DNA of 32,000 nt from Erysipelothrix larvae (GCF_001545095.1 NZ_CP013213.1:840001-872000), one strand, 5' to 3'. Numbered from the stretch's first letter, positions 1-8,603 are shown. Translations and numbers: made by a program. Notes: generated from the letters alone by a model not told the origin.

Positions 1-737
1 TCAACCTTTCGGAAAAATGAACTTTGTGATAATTTCTCTCTTAACTCAAGATATAGGTTGATAGTAGCCTTCAATGCATTAACACAGCTTTCGTAATCAT
101 GAGTAGCGACCGTTTTTTCTAATGCTTCAATATATTGGGGTGCGTCCAATTCAATTTTTCTAACTCCACGAGGTAATTTACCTAAGTGAAGCTGTATCAA
201 TGGGGCAAGTACTGATTGCCTTAAGAAAGATAAGAAATCAATTGTTTCAAATAGTTCTCTACGTCCAATCTTAGTACAAGCGTAATGAACCCAAATCCAA
301 AATCTATCTTCAATCCACTGTAAGTCTGGAGTTGGGAAGTGTGGTTCCTTTTTAGAATACATTTCTGTTATGCAATTGTTTTCTTCATAGAGAATAACTG
401 AATCTTCAACTCTATCCAGTAAACCGTTTAAGGTTGTGAACTTAAAATCAACATGAAGAACAGGGGAATCATAGAGGGAGATGATCAATCGAGGTTCTCC
501 CACATGTTCGCCAGTAAAAGCAGAAACTAATGTACCAAACTGTTCCACGATAAGTAATCGTTGTTCGTTAACTTCTTCATAGGATTTATCTTCTACTACA
601 ATCACAAAATCCAAATCAGAATATTCATCTAACGATTTTGTGATATAAGAACCGCTAATTGCTAGTCCTATTAGCCTACTATCTCTTATTGAAAATTCTA
701 ATACCTTTTGGATCATATCTTGTTGTGTTTTTGTCAT
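1..737 (-). CDS. nucleotidyltransferase-domain protein (ANT(6)/AadK-like fold), C-terminus beyond window edge
   Basis: Absent from the ORF track because it runs off the window. Reverse-strand ATG at 735-737, open for 245 codons down to position 1. Translation begins MTKTQQDMIQKVLEFSIRDSRLIGLAISGSYITKSLDEYSDLDFVIVVED, which has the G-S...D-x-D minimal nucleotidyltransferase motif. The helical second half (RFWIWVHYACTKIGRRELFETIDFLSFLRQSVL) resembles aminoglycoside 6-adenylyltransferase-type proteins. Confidence 0.6.
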   Translation of the reverse strand, partial: MTKTQQDMIQKVLEFSIRDSRLIGLAISGSYITKSLDEYSDLDFVIVVEDKSYEEVNEQRLLIVEQFGTLVSAFTGEHVGEPRLIISLYDSPVLHVDFKFTTLNGLLDRVEDSVILYEENNCITEMYSKKEPHFPTPDLQWIEDRFWIWVHYACTKIGRRELFETIDFLSFLRQSVLAPLIQLHLGKLPRGVRKIELDAPQYIEALEKTVATHDYESCVNALKATINLYLELREKLSQSSFFRKV

Positions 738-843
738 AATATAACACCGTTCACTTTCTTGTATTAACAATCAATCTAATTTAATAATGCATAAGAATAG
801 TATATAACGAAGAAATACAAGGAATAGGTCACTTGACCCGAAA

Positions 844-878
844 TAAAAAAGTATTGAATAGTTATTATTCGATACTTT
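844..878 (-). terminator. rho-independent terminator downstream of the Crp/Fnr gene
   Basis: aaagtattgaata (848-860) pairs with tattcgatacttt (866-878). This is a 13-bp stem including one G-U, with loop gttat. On the minus strand it is followed by a T-run (A-run 845-850 on plus). Confidence 0.55.
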
Positions 879-891
879 ATTAAAATCCTAC

Positions 892-1518
892 TTATGTTGT
901 TGGAAGATTCTTTAATACCTCCCGCTGGTTAATTACACTAAATCTTTTATTTTCATACGCAATTAGCTGTTCTTTTACACATTCATTTATAGCACGATTA
1001 ATGCTTCTAATTGGAGCATTTACTTCGCTAGCAAGCTGTTTTTTGGTAAGTAGGTTTAATTCACTTCTATGATAGTGTAAGGATATACACCTCAGAACTC
1101 GTTCCTTAACACTTAATGATGATAATTCTTCAATTAGTTCAGCATTTATAACTAATTTATTGGTTATATCTCGAATCAGAAATTTTGTAGCTTCAAAATC
1201 TCCTCTTAACCAGTTTAGAAAATCATCTCTATGAAGTTTATATACATTACAATCTGTAAAAGCGACAATTTCAACGGGTTTTTTTCCATCATTGAATTGT
1301 TCCGTTTCTCCAAAAAAACTACCGCTTCTATAAAGGTGAATAGTTGAGATGTTTCCTTTCACATTTAGAATGAATGCTTCTGCAATACCATCAATCATAA
1401 AAATTACATATTCATTGTCTTGCTCAGCAAAAAGAATAGTTTCATTCTTTTTATACGTCTTTTTTACAAGCTTCTTTTTAATGTCTTCATTCATTAAATC
1501 AATTAAATGCATATTCAT
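892..1518 (-). CDS. Crp/Fnr family transcriptional regulator
   Basis: 208-aa ORF with an N-terminal cNMP-binding beta-barrel (..FGETEQF..) and a C-terminal HTH (LTKKQLASEVNAPIRSINRAINEC). The SD AAGGAGAG abuts the first ATG, so the third codon (ATG at 1510-1512, spacing about 8 nt) may be the real start. Confidence 0.85.
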   Translation of the reverse strand: MNMHLIDLMNEDIKKKLVKKTYKKNETILFAEQDNEYVIFMIDGIAEAFILNVKGNISTIHLYRSGSFFGETEQFNDGKKPVEIVAFTDCNVYKLHRDDFLNWLRGDFEATKFLIRDITNKLVINAELIEELSSLSVKERVLRCISLHYHRSELNLLTKKQLASEVNAPIRSINRAINECVKEQLIAYENKRFSVINQREVLKNLPTT

Positions 1519-1543
1519 CTCTCCTTACCAAATCTTTGATTGA

Positions 1544-1572
1544 ATTATAACATCTTTCAATTAGTTAGGTAA
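1544..1572 (-). promoter_or_regulatory. candidate sigma-A promoter for the Crp/Fnr gene
   Basis: On the minus strand: TTACCT (1567-1572), 17-nt spacer, TGT-TATAAT extended -10 (TATAAT = 1544-1549). Confidence 0.35.
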
Positions 1573-1792
1573 GATAGGTAAAATATATTCGCATAGAACC
1601 TTTTTCATCATAATTTATCGAGTTGGTATTTTTCTGGAAAGTAAGCTCAAACTCGGGAAGCTGTGTAACTTTGATTTCCTTACCAGGTGTTTTATTGTTA
1701 CAGTATCGGTCACTTGATTGTAATAGTGCTCGTTGCCCTTTTATATAGAATGCTAGATAAATCGTTTTTTTATTTGGAACGTCAAATAACAT
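1565..1792 (-). CDS. hypothetical small protein (doubtful)
   Basis: 75-aa ORF in the same orientation as its neighbours. It has no convincing SD and no recognisable motif, and its 3' end overlaps the predicted crp promoter. Confidence 0.2.
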   Translation of the reverse strand: MLFDVPNKKTIYLAFYIKGQRALLQSSDRYCNNKTPGKEIKVTQLPEFELTFQKNTNSINYDEKGSMRIYFTYLT

Positions 1793-1883
1793 ACATGACC
1801 ACTTTTGAAGTGGTAATTTGAGTTTATTTCAGGAAGATATATCACATTTAGTGGAGGTTGATTTGTGATATGGATACTGATCA

Positions 1884-1911
1884 GAAAAAAGACACTTAAA
1901 TCCAAGTGTCT
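1884..1911 (-). terminator. rho-independent terminator overlapping the NmrA-family gene stop codon
   Basis: Minus-strand reading is AGACACTT-ggattt-AAGTGTCT followed by TTTTTT. The TAA stop (1896-1898) spans the loop/3'-arm junction of the hairpin. Confidence 0.55.
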
Positions 1912-2756
1912 CTATTCTTATGTGCGAATTGTTGAAATGTTTGTGGTTTTTTGTGCATAACTTCTTCGAATATAGAAGTAACCTTTTTAGCGGTGCCAAA
2001 TCGTGTCATCATGTAGAGCATTCCCATGACAGTACAGTATTCTTTGTCTAAGCCTCGTATTTGAATCCAATATTTCTTCGCAAAGGATGGTTTTGGATTT
2101 GCATAAAGGATCTCTCTTTGAAGTTCGTGTGATAGAATTCTTGCAACCTCCCAGTAATCAATGGCCTCAGGTCCAGTAATTGAATATCCTGTGTTTTGAT
2201 GTTGATTGGGTTCGCTGAGTACTTTCGCTGTAATCTCTCCAATGTCTTGTGCATCAATAAAGCTCGTGAGAGCATTTTTGACAGGAACTACTATGCGATT
2301 AAAGTGCTTAATTTCAAAGGCGTGAATACCGCTGATATTTTGCATAAAAAAACTTGGTCTAATATGACAATAGGGGAGTCCAACTTTCTCAATGTATTTC
2401 TCAATCTTATGGTGAGGGGGTACAGGATTATTTTCAACTCCGATCAGCGATAAAAAGCTAACAAGTTTTATGTTCCCTTGTTTTTTAAGCGCATCGATGA
2501 ATGGTTTCAAGTCATTAGGGTTACCAAGATGTGGTGGTCTCATAATAAAAACACGATCGACGTCTTCTAAAGCGTTGTTGAACGTTGAAGGATTTAGAAA
2601 ATCAAAAGCTGCAATTTTAACTGTGTCCCCAAACATCGTTTTCAAGGTGTTTGGATCAATTCCACATGCTGTGACTTCTTGATTGTTTTGAAGGGCGTAC
2701 TTCACTACATATTTTCCAACATTTCCAGAAGCACCTGTAACAAGAATTCGTCCCAT
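1896..2756 (-). CDS. NmrA-family NAD(P)H-binding protein (atypical SDR)
   Basis: 286 aa. N-terminal Rossmann motif ILVTGASGNVGKYVV, with length and layout typical of NmrA/HSCARG-like proteins. Its start overlaps the upstream MarR stop by 1 nt, indicating an operon. Confidence 0.85.
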   Translation of the reverse strand: MGRILVTGASGNVGKYVVKYALQNNQEVTACGIDPNTLKTMFGDTVKIAAFDFLNPSTFNNALEDVDRVFIMRPPHLGNPNDLKPFIDALKKQGNIKLVSFLSLIGVENNPVPPHHKIEKYIEKVGLPYCHIRPSFFMQNISGIHAFEIKHFNRIVVPVKNALTSFIDAQDIGEITAKVLSEPNQHQNTGYSITGPEAIDYWEVARILSHELQREILYANPKPSFAKKYWIQIRGLDKEYCTVMGMLYMMTRFGTAKKVTSIFEEVMHKKPQTFQQFAHKNRDTWI

Positions 2757-3178
2757 TAGTTATCACCTTGTGTCAAGATTGAATTTGCTGTCGCAATAAG
2801 GTCAATCATTGTATCAAATTGCACATCACCCATTTTTTTGCGAAGCGATACGATTGAATCAAAAATCGATTCGTATGTTTCATTCACTAAATGAATTGCT
2901 TTATCAGTGGGTGTAAGCTGAATGCTTCGTTTATCAATATCTGACTTTATTTTCTCAAGATATCCTTTAGAAACAAGTGAAGTAACCATGTTAGTAGCCA
3001 TGGATTTTGAGAACATAAAAAATTGAGCAACTCCTTTGGGTGTTTTTTCGAAATCTGTTTTCACTAAGTATATCAACAAGCCCGTCTCGCTGGAGCGAAT
3101 TGGCAAGTTTTTATTCAACCTGATATTCATTCTACAAAATAATGATATTTGCTCAGAGGTGTAGTGGTATTTATCCAT
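2756..3178 (-). CDS. MarR family transcriptional regulator
   Basis: Winged-helix MarR signature (..SKSMATNMVTSLVSKGYLEKIKSDIDKRSIQLTPTDKA..). The ORF track starts at 3196, but the SD AAAGGAG (3184-3190, minus) sits 5 nt before the ATG at 3176-3178 (MDKYHYTSEQ..), so I call the shorter start. Confidence 0.85.
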   Translation of the reverse strand: MDKYHYTSEQISLFCRMNIRLNKNLPIRSSETGLLIYLVKTDFEKTPKGVAQFFMFSKSMATNMVTSLVSKGYLEKIKSDIDKRSIQLTPTDKAIHLVNETYESIFDSIVSLRKKMGDVQFDTMIDLIATANSILTQGDN

Positions 3179-3219
3179 AATAACTCCTTTTAGCATAAAG
3201 ATAGAATCTCATTAAATAA

Positions 3220-3238
3220 TAGTACACTAGGTGTACTA
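3220..3238. promoter_or_regulatory. perfect 8-3-8 palindrome, candidate MarR operator
   Basis: TAGTACAC-TAG-GTGTACTA lies 42 nt upstream of the MarR start, in the divergent region shared with the aldo/keto reductase gene. Confidence 0.45.
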
Positions 3239-3388
3239 AGTCAATGGATAGTTGTGGATAAAGTGCAACAATCATATCATTCATAAAAGGCATGACATGT
3301 ATAGGTTTGAGGTATTAGACATGTAAACCTTCAAATGATAGAGTGAACCTATAAACAACGCACAACACGTTGGATAAGGAGGACGTAT

Positions 3389-4372
<984 letters not shown>

Positions 4373-4382
4373 ACACTATGTT

Positions 4383-4412
4383 AAAAGACTATCTTAAAAA
4401 GGTAGTCTTTTT
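4383..4412 (+). terminator. rho-independent terminator after the aldo/keto reductase gene
   Basis: AAAAGACTA (4383-4391) pairs with TAGTCTTTT (4403-4411), with a T-rich 3' tail. Confidence 0.5.
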
Positions 4413-4513
4413 CAATGTTCATCTTTATCTTAATATTTTAGATACGTCGCGTAATCGCTCATGACTCAGGATGAAGCGTGGTATAATAGGATAAAAGGAT
4501 TTGGAGGAATGTT

Positions 4514-5407
4514 ATGGAATTAAGAGTGCTTCGCTATTTTCTTACCGTAGCCCAAGAAGAAAACATTACCCGTTTTGCTGAATTGCTTTATATCACACAA
4601 CCAACACTCAGCAATCAAATTCAACAGTTAGAAGAAGAGATTGGAACACAATTAATAATTTGAGGTACTCGAAAAGTTACTTTTACCCCAGCAGGTGTTT
4701 ATCTTCAAAACCGTGCAGAAGAAATCATTAGTTTAGTTGAACATACAAAAAGCGAGCTTCAAGAACAGGCAACAGAAGTTAACGGACTGATTACAGTTGG
4801 AATTCCTGAGTCCGATGCAGGCCAACAAATTATCAGCTTTTTAAAATCTTTTCAAGACCAATATCCTAAAGTCACGTATGATATCTATACCGGAACGGCT
4901 GATATGGTCAAAGAACGCATGGATAAAGGACTGATTGACATTGGATTGCTGATGGTACCAACTGATGTTGAAAAATATCATTATATATCGATGTAACAAA
5001 AAGAAACCTGGGGAATCTTGCTACCCAGTGATTCAACCCTTGCACATAAAGAAACGATTACGCGAAATGATATACTTGATCAACCGCTATTGATCCCAAA
5101 ACGTTACAAATTAAGCAAAGATTTGGCTCAGTGGTTTCAATGTGATATCGCAACTTTGAACGTGGTCGCAACCATTAATTTGACGACCAACGCTGTTATT
5201 ATGGTTGAAAACAAGATGGGGCTAGCAACTGTAATTGGAGGATCTTTCTTGGGGGATGAAAACAACAATGTATGCTTTAGACCGTTTTATCCAAAAGTAG
5301 CCCGTGAATCCATTTTGGCATGGAAAAAATACTAAGTATTTAGTCCGACAATCACCAAGTTTTTAGATCATGTAAAACAAATGATTCAGAGTAAATCATC
5401 AGATTAG
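4514..5407 (+). pseudogene. LysR family transcriptional regulator, inactivated by three in-frame nonsense codons
   Basis: One reading frame from the ATG at 4514 (SD GGAGGA) to the TAG at 5405-5407 gives a LysR-length product of 297 codons. It has an HTH (MELRVLRYFLTVAQEENITRFAELLYITQPTLSNQIQQLEEEIG) and a substrate-binding domain. The frame is interrupted by TGA 4661-4663, TAA 4994-4996 and TAA 5333-5335. There are no frameshifts. The track ORF 5018-5335 is an internal fragment. Confidence 0.8.
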
Positions 5408-5425
5408 GTGTGTATTTTCACGATA

Positions 5426-5452
5426 TGAAAAACGTCTCTTTGATGAGACGTA
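5426..5452 (-). terminator. rho-independent terminator of the phosphatase gene
   Basis: ACGTCTC (5432-5438) pairs with GAGACGT (5445-5451). On the minus strand the hairpin is followed by TTTTT. Confidence 0.5.
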
Positions 5453-5466
5453 AACATGTTTATGAT

Positions 5467-6219
5467 TCACTTTTCTGTATACATTAAGCGAAGACGTTCG
5501 ATCTCTTCATGGCTAACACCAATACCATCCATGATAAAGCAACTAAAGGAACCAAATTTATCAGTTGCTTCTTGATATGCTGTTTCAAGATATTCCGATG
5601 TAACTCCCAAGAATGTTGCCATTTTATTGACTTCAAAAGGACTGTATCCTTCCTTTAACATCGTTCTTAAGATCTCTTCGTTTGCTTCTTTTCTCATTTC
5701 ATTTGTGAGCAAGTAATCATCCATAATTGAAGCTTCGTCAACATCGAGTAGTGTTAAAATAATTGCAGCAGCAATGCCTGTACGATCTTTCCCTGCAAAA
5801 CAATGGAAGATTGTAGAACCTTCGCTATTATTCAAAAGTACATCGATAAATTCACGATAACCTTTACATGCAGTTTCGTTGGTTATGATTGACCGATAGA
5901 TGTCCACCATCGGATCAATCGATTCGCTATTTCGATTCTTAAAGAACGACTTTTTGCTTGCTTTATTCTCGATATTTTTCATGATATCAATATTATGATA
6001 AAAAACGCCATCTAATGTATCATCGGGTGATCGTTTGACTTCATTATTTGAGCGGAAATCAACAATATTTCTTAAATTGTATCCTTCAACAAGCAACACC
6101 TTATCTTCTTCTGATATATTCACAAGTTCACCAGACCGTAACAGTCTGTGTTTTTTTATATAAGAACCCGATCTGGTTTTTAAACCACCTAAATCTCTGA
6201 AATTTACCACGGTATCCAT
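5467..6219 (-). CDS. protein-tyrosine phosphatase (Y_phosphatase3/CX5R family)
   Basis: Active-site loop HCFAGKDRTG. The N-terminus VNFRDLGG is typical of this family. The SD AAAGGTGA precedes the ATG at 6217-6219 (MDTVVNF..); the track start at 6258 lacks an SD. Confidence 0.85.
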   Translation of the reverse strand: MDTVVNFRDLGGLKTRSGSYIKKHRLLRSGELVNISEEDKVLLVEGYNLRNIVDFRSNNEVKRSPDDTLDGVFYHNIDIMKNIENKASKKSFFKNRNSESIDPMVDIYRSIITNETACKGYREFIDVLLNNSEGSTIFHCFAGKDRTGIAAAIILTLLDVDEASIMDDYLLTNEMRKEANEEILRTMLKEGYSPFEVNKMATFLGVTSEYLETAYQEATDKFGSFSCFIMDGIGVSHEEIERLRLMYTEK

Positions 6220-6479
6220 AGTATCACCTTTGCTTTCTTTTTTATAACTTATCATCATTATACCGTATTTAAGCTCATCTGTAGCTATAAATTATGTTGT
6301 AGGTGTGAGCATCGGTAATCTCTAATCTGTAATAAGGGTGATATAAATTCACACATCACACATCTAATTTCAAGGCACTATACATAAAGGTTAGGTGGAT
6401 TTATTAATGCCGTAGATATTAGGGCTTTTCATTTCATGACTGACCTTATATAATTATTAAGGAAAGTTTGAGGAAAACA

Positions 6480-6959
6480 ATGAAAACAACAGTAGAAATG
6501 AAAATTAAAAATGATGGTTCAATCTTCATTGAACTTGATGATACCTATGCACCACTTACCGTAGAAAACTTTTTGAAGTTAGTGGATGATAAGTTCTATG
6601 ATGGATTAACATTCCATCGTGTGATTCCAGGCTTTATGGTTCAAGGTGGCTGCCCACAAGGAACTGGTATGGGAGGACCTGGATATGAAATCAAAGGTGA
6701 ATTCTCATCCAATGGTGTTGAAAACCCGATGGTTCATCACCGTGGTGTGATCTCAATGGCACGTGCTATGAATCCAGACTCTGCAGGAAGCCAATTCTTT
6801 ATTATGGTTGCGGATGCACCACATTTAGATGGTCAGTACGCAAGCTTTGGTGCTGTTACTAAAGGTATGGATGTTGTAGATCGTATCGTATCCGTTCAAA
6901 CAAACAGAATGGATAAACCACTTGAGGATGTAGTAATCGAGTCAGTAACACGAGTTTAG
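6480..6959 (+). CDS. ppiB: peptidylprolyl isomerase, cyclophilin type
   Basis: Cyclophilin motifs FHRVIPGFMVQGG, GVISMAR and GSQFFI. The track ORF starts at TTG 6468. The in-frame ATG at 6480 is preceded by GAGGAAA, so I prefer it. Confidence 0.9.
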   Translation: MKTTVEMKIKNDGSIFIELDDTYAPLTVENFLKLVDDKFYDGLTFHRVIPGFMVQGGCPQGTGMGGPGYEIKGEFSSNGVENPMVHHRGVISMARAMNPDSAGSQFFIMVADAPHLDGQYASFGAVTKGMDVVDRIVSVQTNRMDKPLEDVVIESVTRV

Positions 6960-6978
6960 TCTTGTTAAAGAATCAATT

Positions 6979-7018
6979 GAACCCAAGGACGTTATAAAGT
7001 CTTCTGGGTTCTTTTTTT
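6979..7018 (+). terminator. rho-independent terminator after ppiB
   Basis: GAACCCA (6979-6985) pairs with TGGGTTC (7005-7011), followed by TTTTTTT (7012-7018). Confidence 0.6.
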
Positions 7019-7186
7019 ATTTTTTAAAACCTTTACCTTTTAATACTTTTGGGAAATTCAAAAAGCGCTTTAAACACTGGTCGAATCAATATCGCATGTG
7101 TACCTTTTTGAATTATGTTTGGTTACACGTTGACAAAATGGTACACACAGCTTACGATGTTGATAATACTTAATGGATTATAGACC

Positions 7187-7489
7187 ATGAGTGATTTTGA
7201 CGTACCCAATAAAGTGGCTCAAAGCAACGAATTAATTGTAGGGCGATGGGGAATGAACAACACCATGTTAAAGCTTTTTGAAATGACTGTGTTTTGTATT
7301 GATACTAAGTTACCATTGCCAAGTCGTAAAGTGACAATAAGCAAGCAAGAAATATTTGAATTGTTTAAATACAATTCAAGCTATACATATACTGTATTTC
7401 AGGAGCATATAAAGGAATTCAAAAAGGCTTACTCTGAAAAAGTTGACCCAGACCAAATGATATTAGACGACTTCAATCAAGGAGAATAG
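7187..7489 (+). pseudogene. truncated replication-initiator (Rep_3/RepB-like) N-terminal fragment
   Basis: The 100-aa ORF NKVAQSNELIVGRWGMNNTMLKLFEMTVFCIDT...RKVTISKQEIFELF...YTVFQEHIKEFKK follows the N-terminal winged-helix pattern of plasmid Rep_3 initiators (N-x-V-x-x-SN-x-LI ... I-x-x-x-E-F). Those proteins are normally 250-330 aa, and the rest of the protein is missing here. Confidence 0.5.
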
Positions 7490-7532
7490 CACATGAAACA
7501 ATACCCATTATCATTCAACGTGGAGGAATAAT

Positions 7533-7931
7533 ATGAAACTATATTTAGAAAAAGCAACTAACAACATAGCTGTTTCTTTAGGAATTCTTTACATAAGTTT
7601 TTGTCTGCAGATAAATGTATATTATGAAATTGTAAATCAATCACAACAAACAGGTACGTTCAATTTTGGATTTACAGAAGTGTTGATACTTCTGATATCG
7701 CCCCTATCTTTTTTTTGGGGAGTTCTATTGTTTAGTAAGCTCATGTTAATTAAGCTCCAAGAAACAAAAATGAATAAATGGATAATTTTGCTTATTTGTA
7801 TTTTTTCTAGTGTCATTATATTAGCTGTGATTAGCAGTCGGCAGCCACTTACCATAGAATGGTCAATAAGTATATTAACAGTCTTAATCCTCGTATACAG
7901 CAGTTTTTTAACAGCTTTTTCTATTATATGA
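7533..7931 (+). CDS. hypothetical integral membrane protein (about 4 TM helices)
   Basis: 132 aa. Strong SD GGAGGA lies 6 nt upstream. Four hydrophobic segments, with no recognisable family. The antisense ORF 7637-7981 has no SD. Confidence 0.55.
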   Translation: MKLYLEKATNNIAVSLGILYISFCLQINVYYEIVNQSQQTGTFNFGFTEVLILLISPLSFFWGVLLFSKLMLIKLQETKMNKWIILLICIFSSVIILAVISSRQPLTIEWSISILTVLILVYSSFLTAFSII

Positions 7932-7993
7932 TAGCGCTTTACTTTTGGAAATGGTAATATTTTTTCTGAGATTATTTTCATAAAGGAGAGAAT

Positions 7994-8298
7994 ATGAAAA
8001 AATTAGCGAACCAATTGTCACGAACTATCTTGATGATTCTATTTTAGTATGCTTTGTATCGTCGTTTGTTGTAAACGTGCAAGCTGACACTTTAAATGAT
8101 GATACTCCTGCTACAGTACTAGGAGATACACACATTGTTGATGAAATGTATGTTACAAACGATATCGTTATACATCAATACTATGATTATGGCGAACAAT
8201 ACAAAGTAACAATATTTTTGATACCAAAAATATATCAAGTTAAAGAACAATATTATTCTATTGAAAGTTGGAGTATTGCAGTAGAAGAACAATTTTAA
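7994..8298 (+). pseudogene. small secreted protein gene split by a 1-nt frameshift inside its signal peptide
   Basis: SD AAAGGAGAG plus the ATG at 7994 gives MKKLANQLSRTILMILF, then a stop at 8045. The adjacent frame, open from about 8029, reads ..ILVCFVSSFVVNVQA/DTLNDD.. and continues into track ORF 8077-8298. Joined, the two pieces form a canonical signal peptide with an AxA-like cleavage site. Confidence 0.4.
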
Positions 8299-8578
8299 AA
8301 CAAACTTTGCACCTGATAAATCACGGTTTACACAAGACTTTTTAGATCGGGTGGCAGACCGTGTTGGATCACTTGAAACATCATCAAGCACATTGGCAAG
8401 TATCATCTATGATGAAGCCTTAAATCATATTTCGGGTCAATACTTTGATCGTGGACTCCAACCATCCTTATCGTCTCCCTTGTCTTACAATAAAGAGAAC
8501 GCCCAAGCACTTTTTAGAAAAAGTGTTGAATATACCAAACTGGACTCAACGATGACCCTAAAGGGAATCTTGGATTAA
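8285..8578 (+). pseudogene. C-terminal remnant of a short-chain dehydrogenase/reductase
   Basis: The frame opens directly after a stop at 8282-8284. The sequence ..TNFAPDK...LETSSSTLASIIYDEALNHISGQYFDRGLQPSLSSPLSYNKENAQALFRKSVEYTKL resembles the C-terminal tail of retinol-dehydrogenase-like SDRs (..YLA....SG.YF......S..A.D...A..LW..S). The Rossmann and catalytic portions are absent. Confidence 0.45.
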
Positions 8579-8603
8579 ATCTTTATTCCCCTAATAAACG
8601 CAC

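Noticed and set aside
1349-1543. A 64-aa plus-strand ORF opposite the Crp/Fnr gene. Similar shadow ORFs lie opposite the NmrA, AKR and M24 genes (2048-2275, 2196-2453, 2470-2682, 3463-3678, 4013-4243, 9139-9423, 9937-10374).
   Set aside because: All are nested in well-supported genes on the other strand or frame, with no translation signals.
4661-4663. In-frame TGA in the LysR gene as evidence for genetic code 4 (TGA = Trp), given the Mollicutes-like flavour of the locus.
   Set aside because: Every other gene in the window is full-length under code 11. Trp does not fit the conserved Arg position. The same gene also carries two in-frame TAA codons, which no known bacterial code reads as sense.
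6369-6383. A 13-mer TTCAAGGCACTAT shared between the ppiB upstream region and the lplA-pdhA spacer (11665-11677), considered as a possible common regulatory site.
   Set aside because: Several exact 13-mer coincidences are expected by chance in 32 kb of AT-rich DNA. There is no flanking similarity or symmetry.
7637-7981. A 114-aa minus-strand ORF overlapping the 4-TM protein gene.
   Set aside because: The plus-strand ORF has a strong GGAGGA SD and a coherent membrane-protein hydropathy pattern. The minus-strand ORF has neither.
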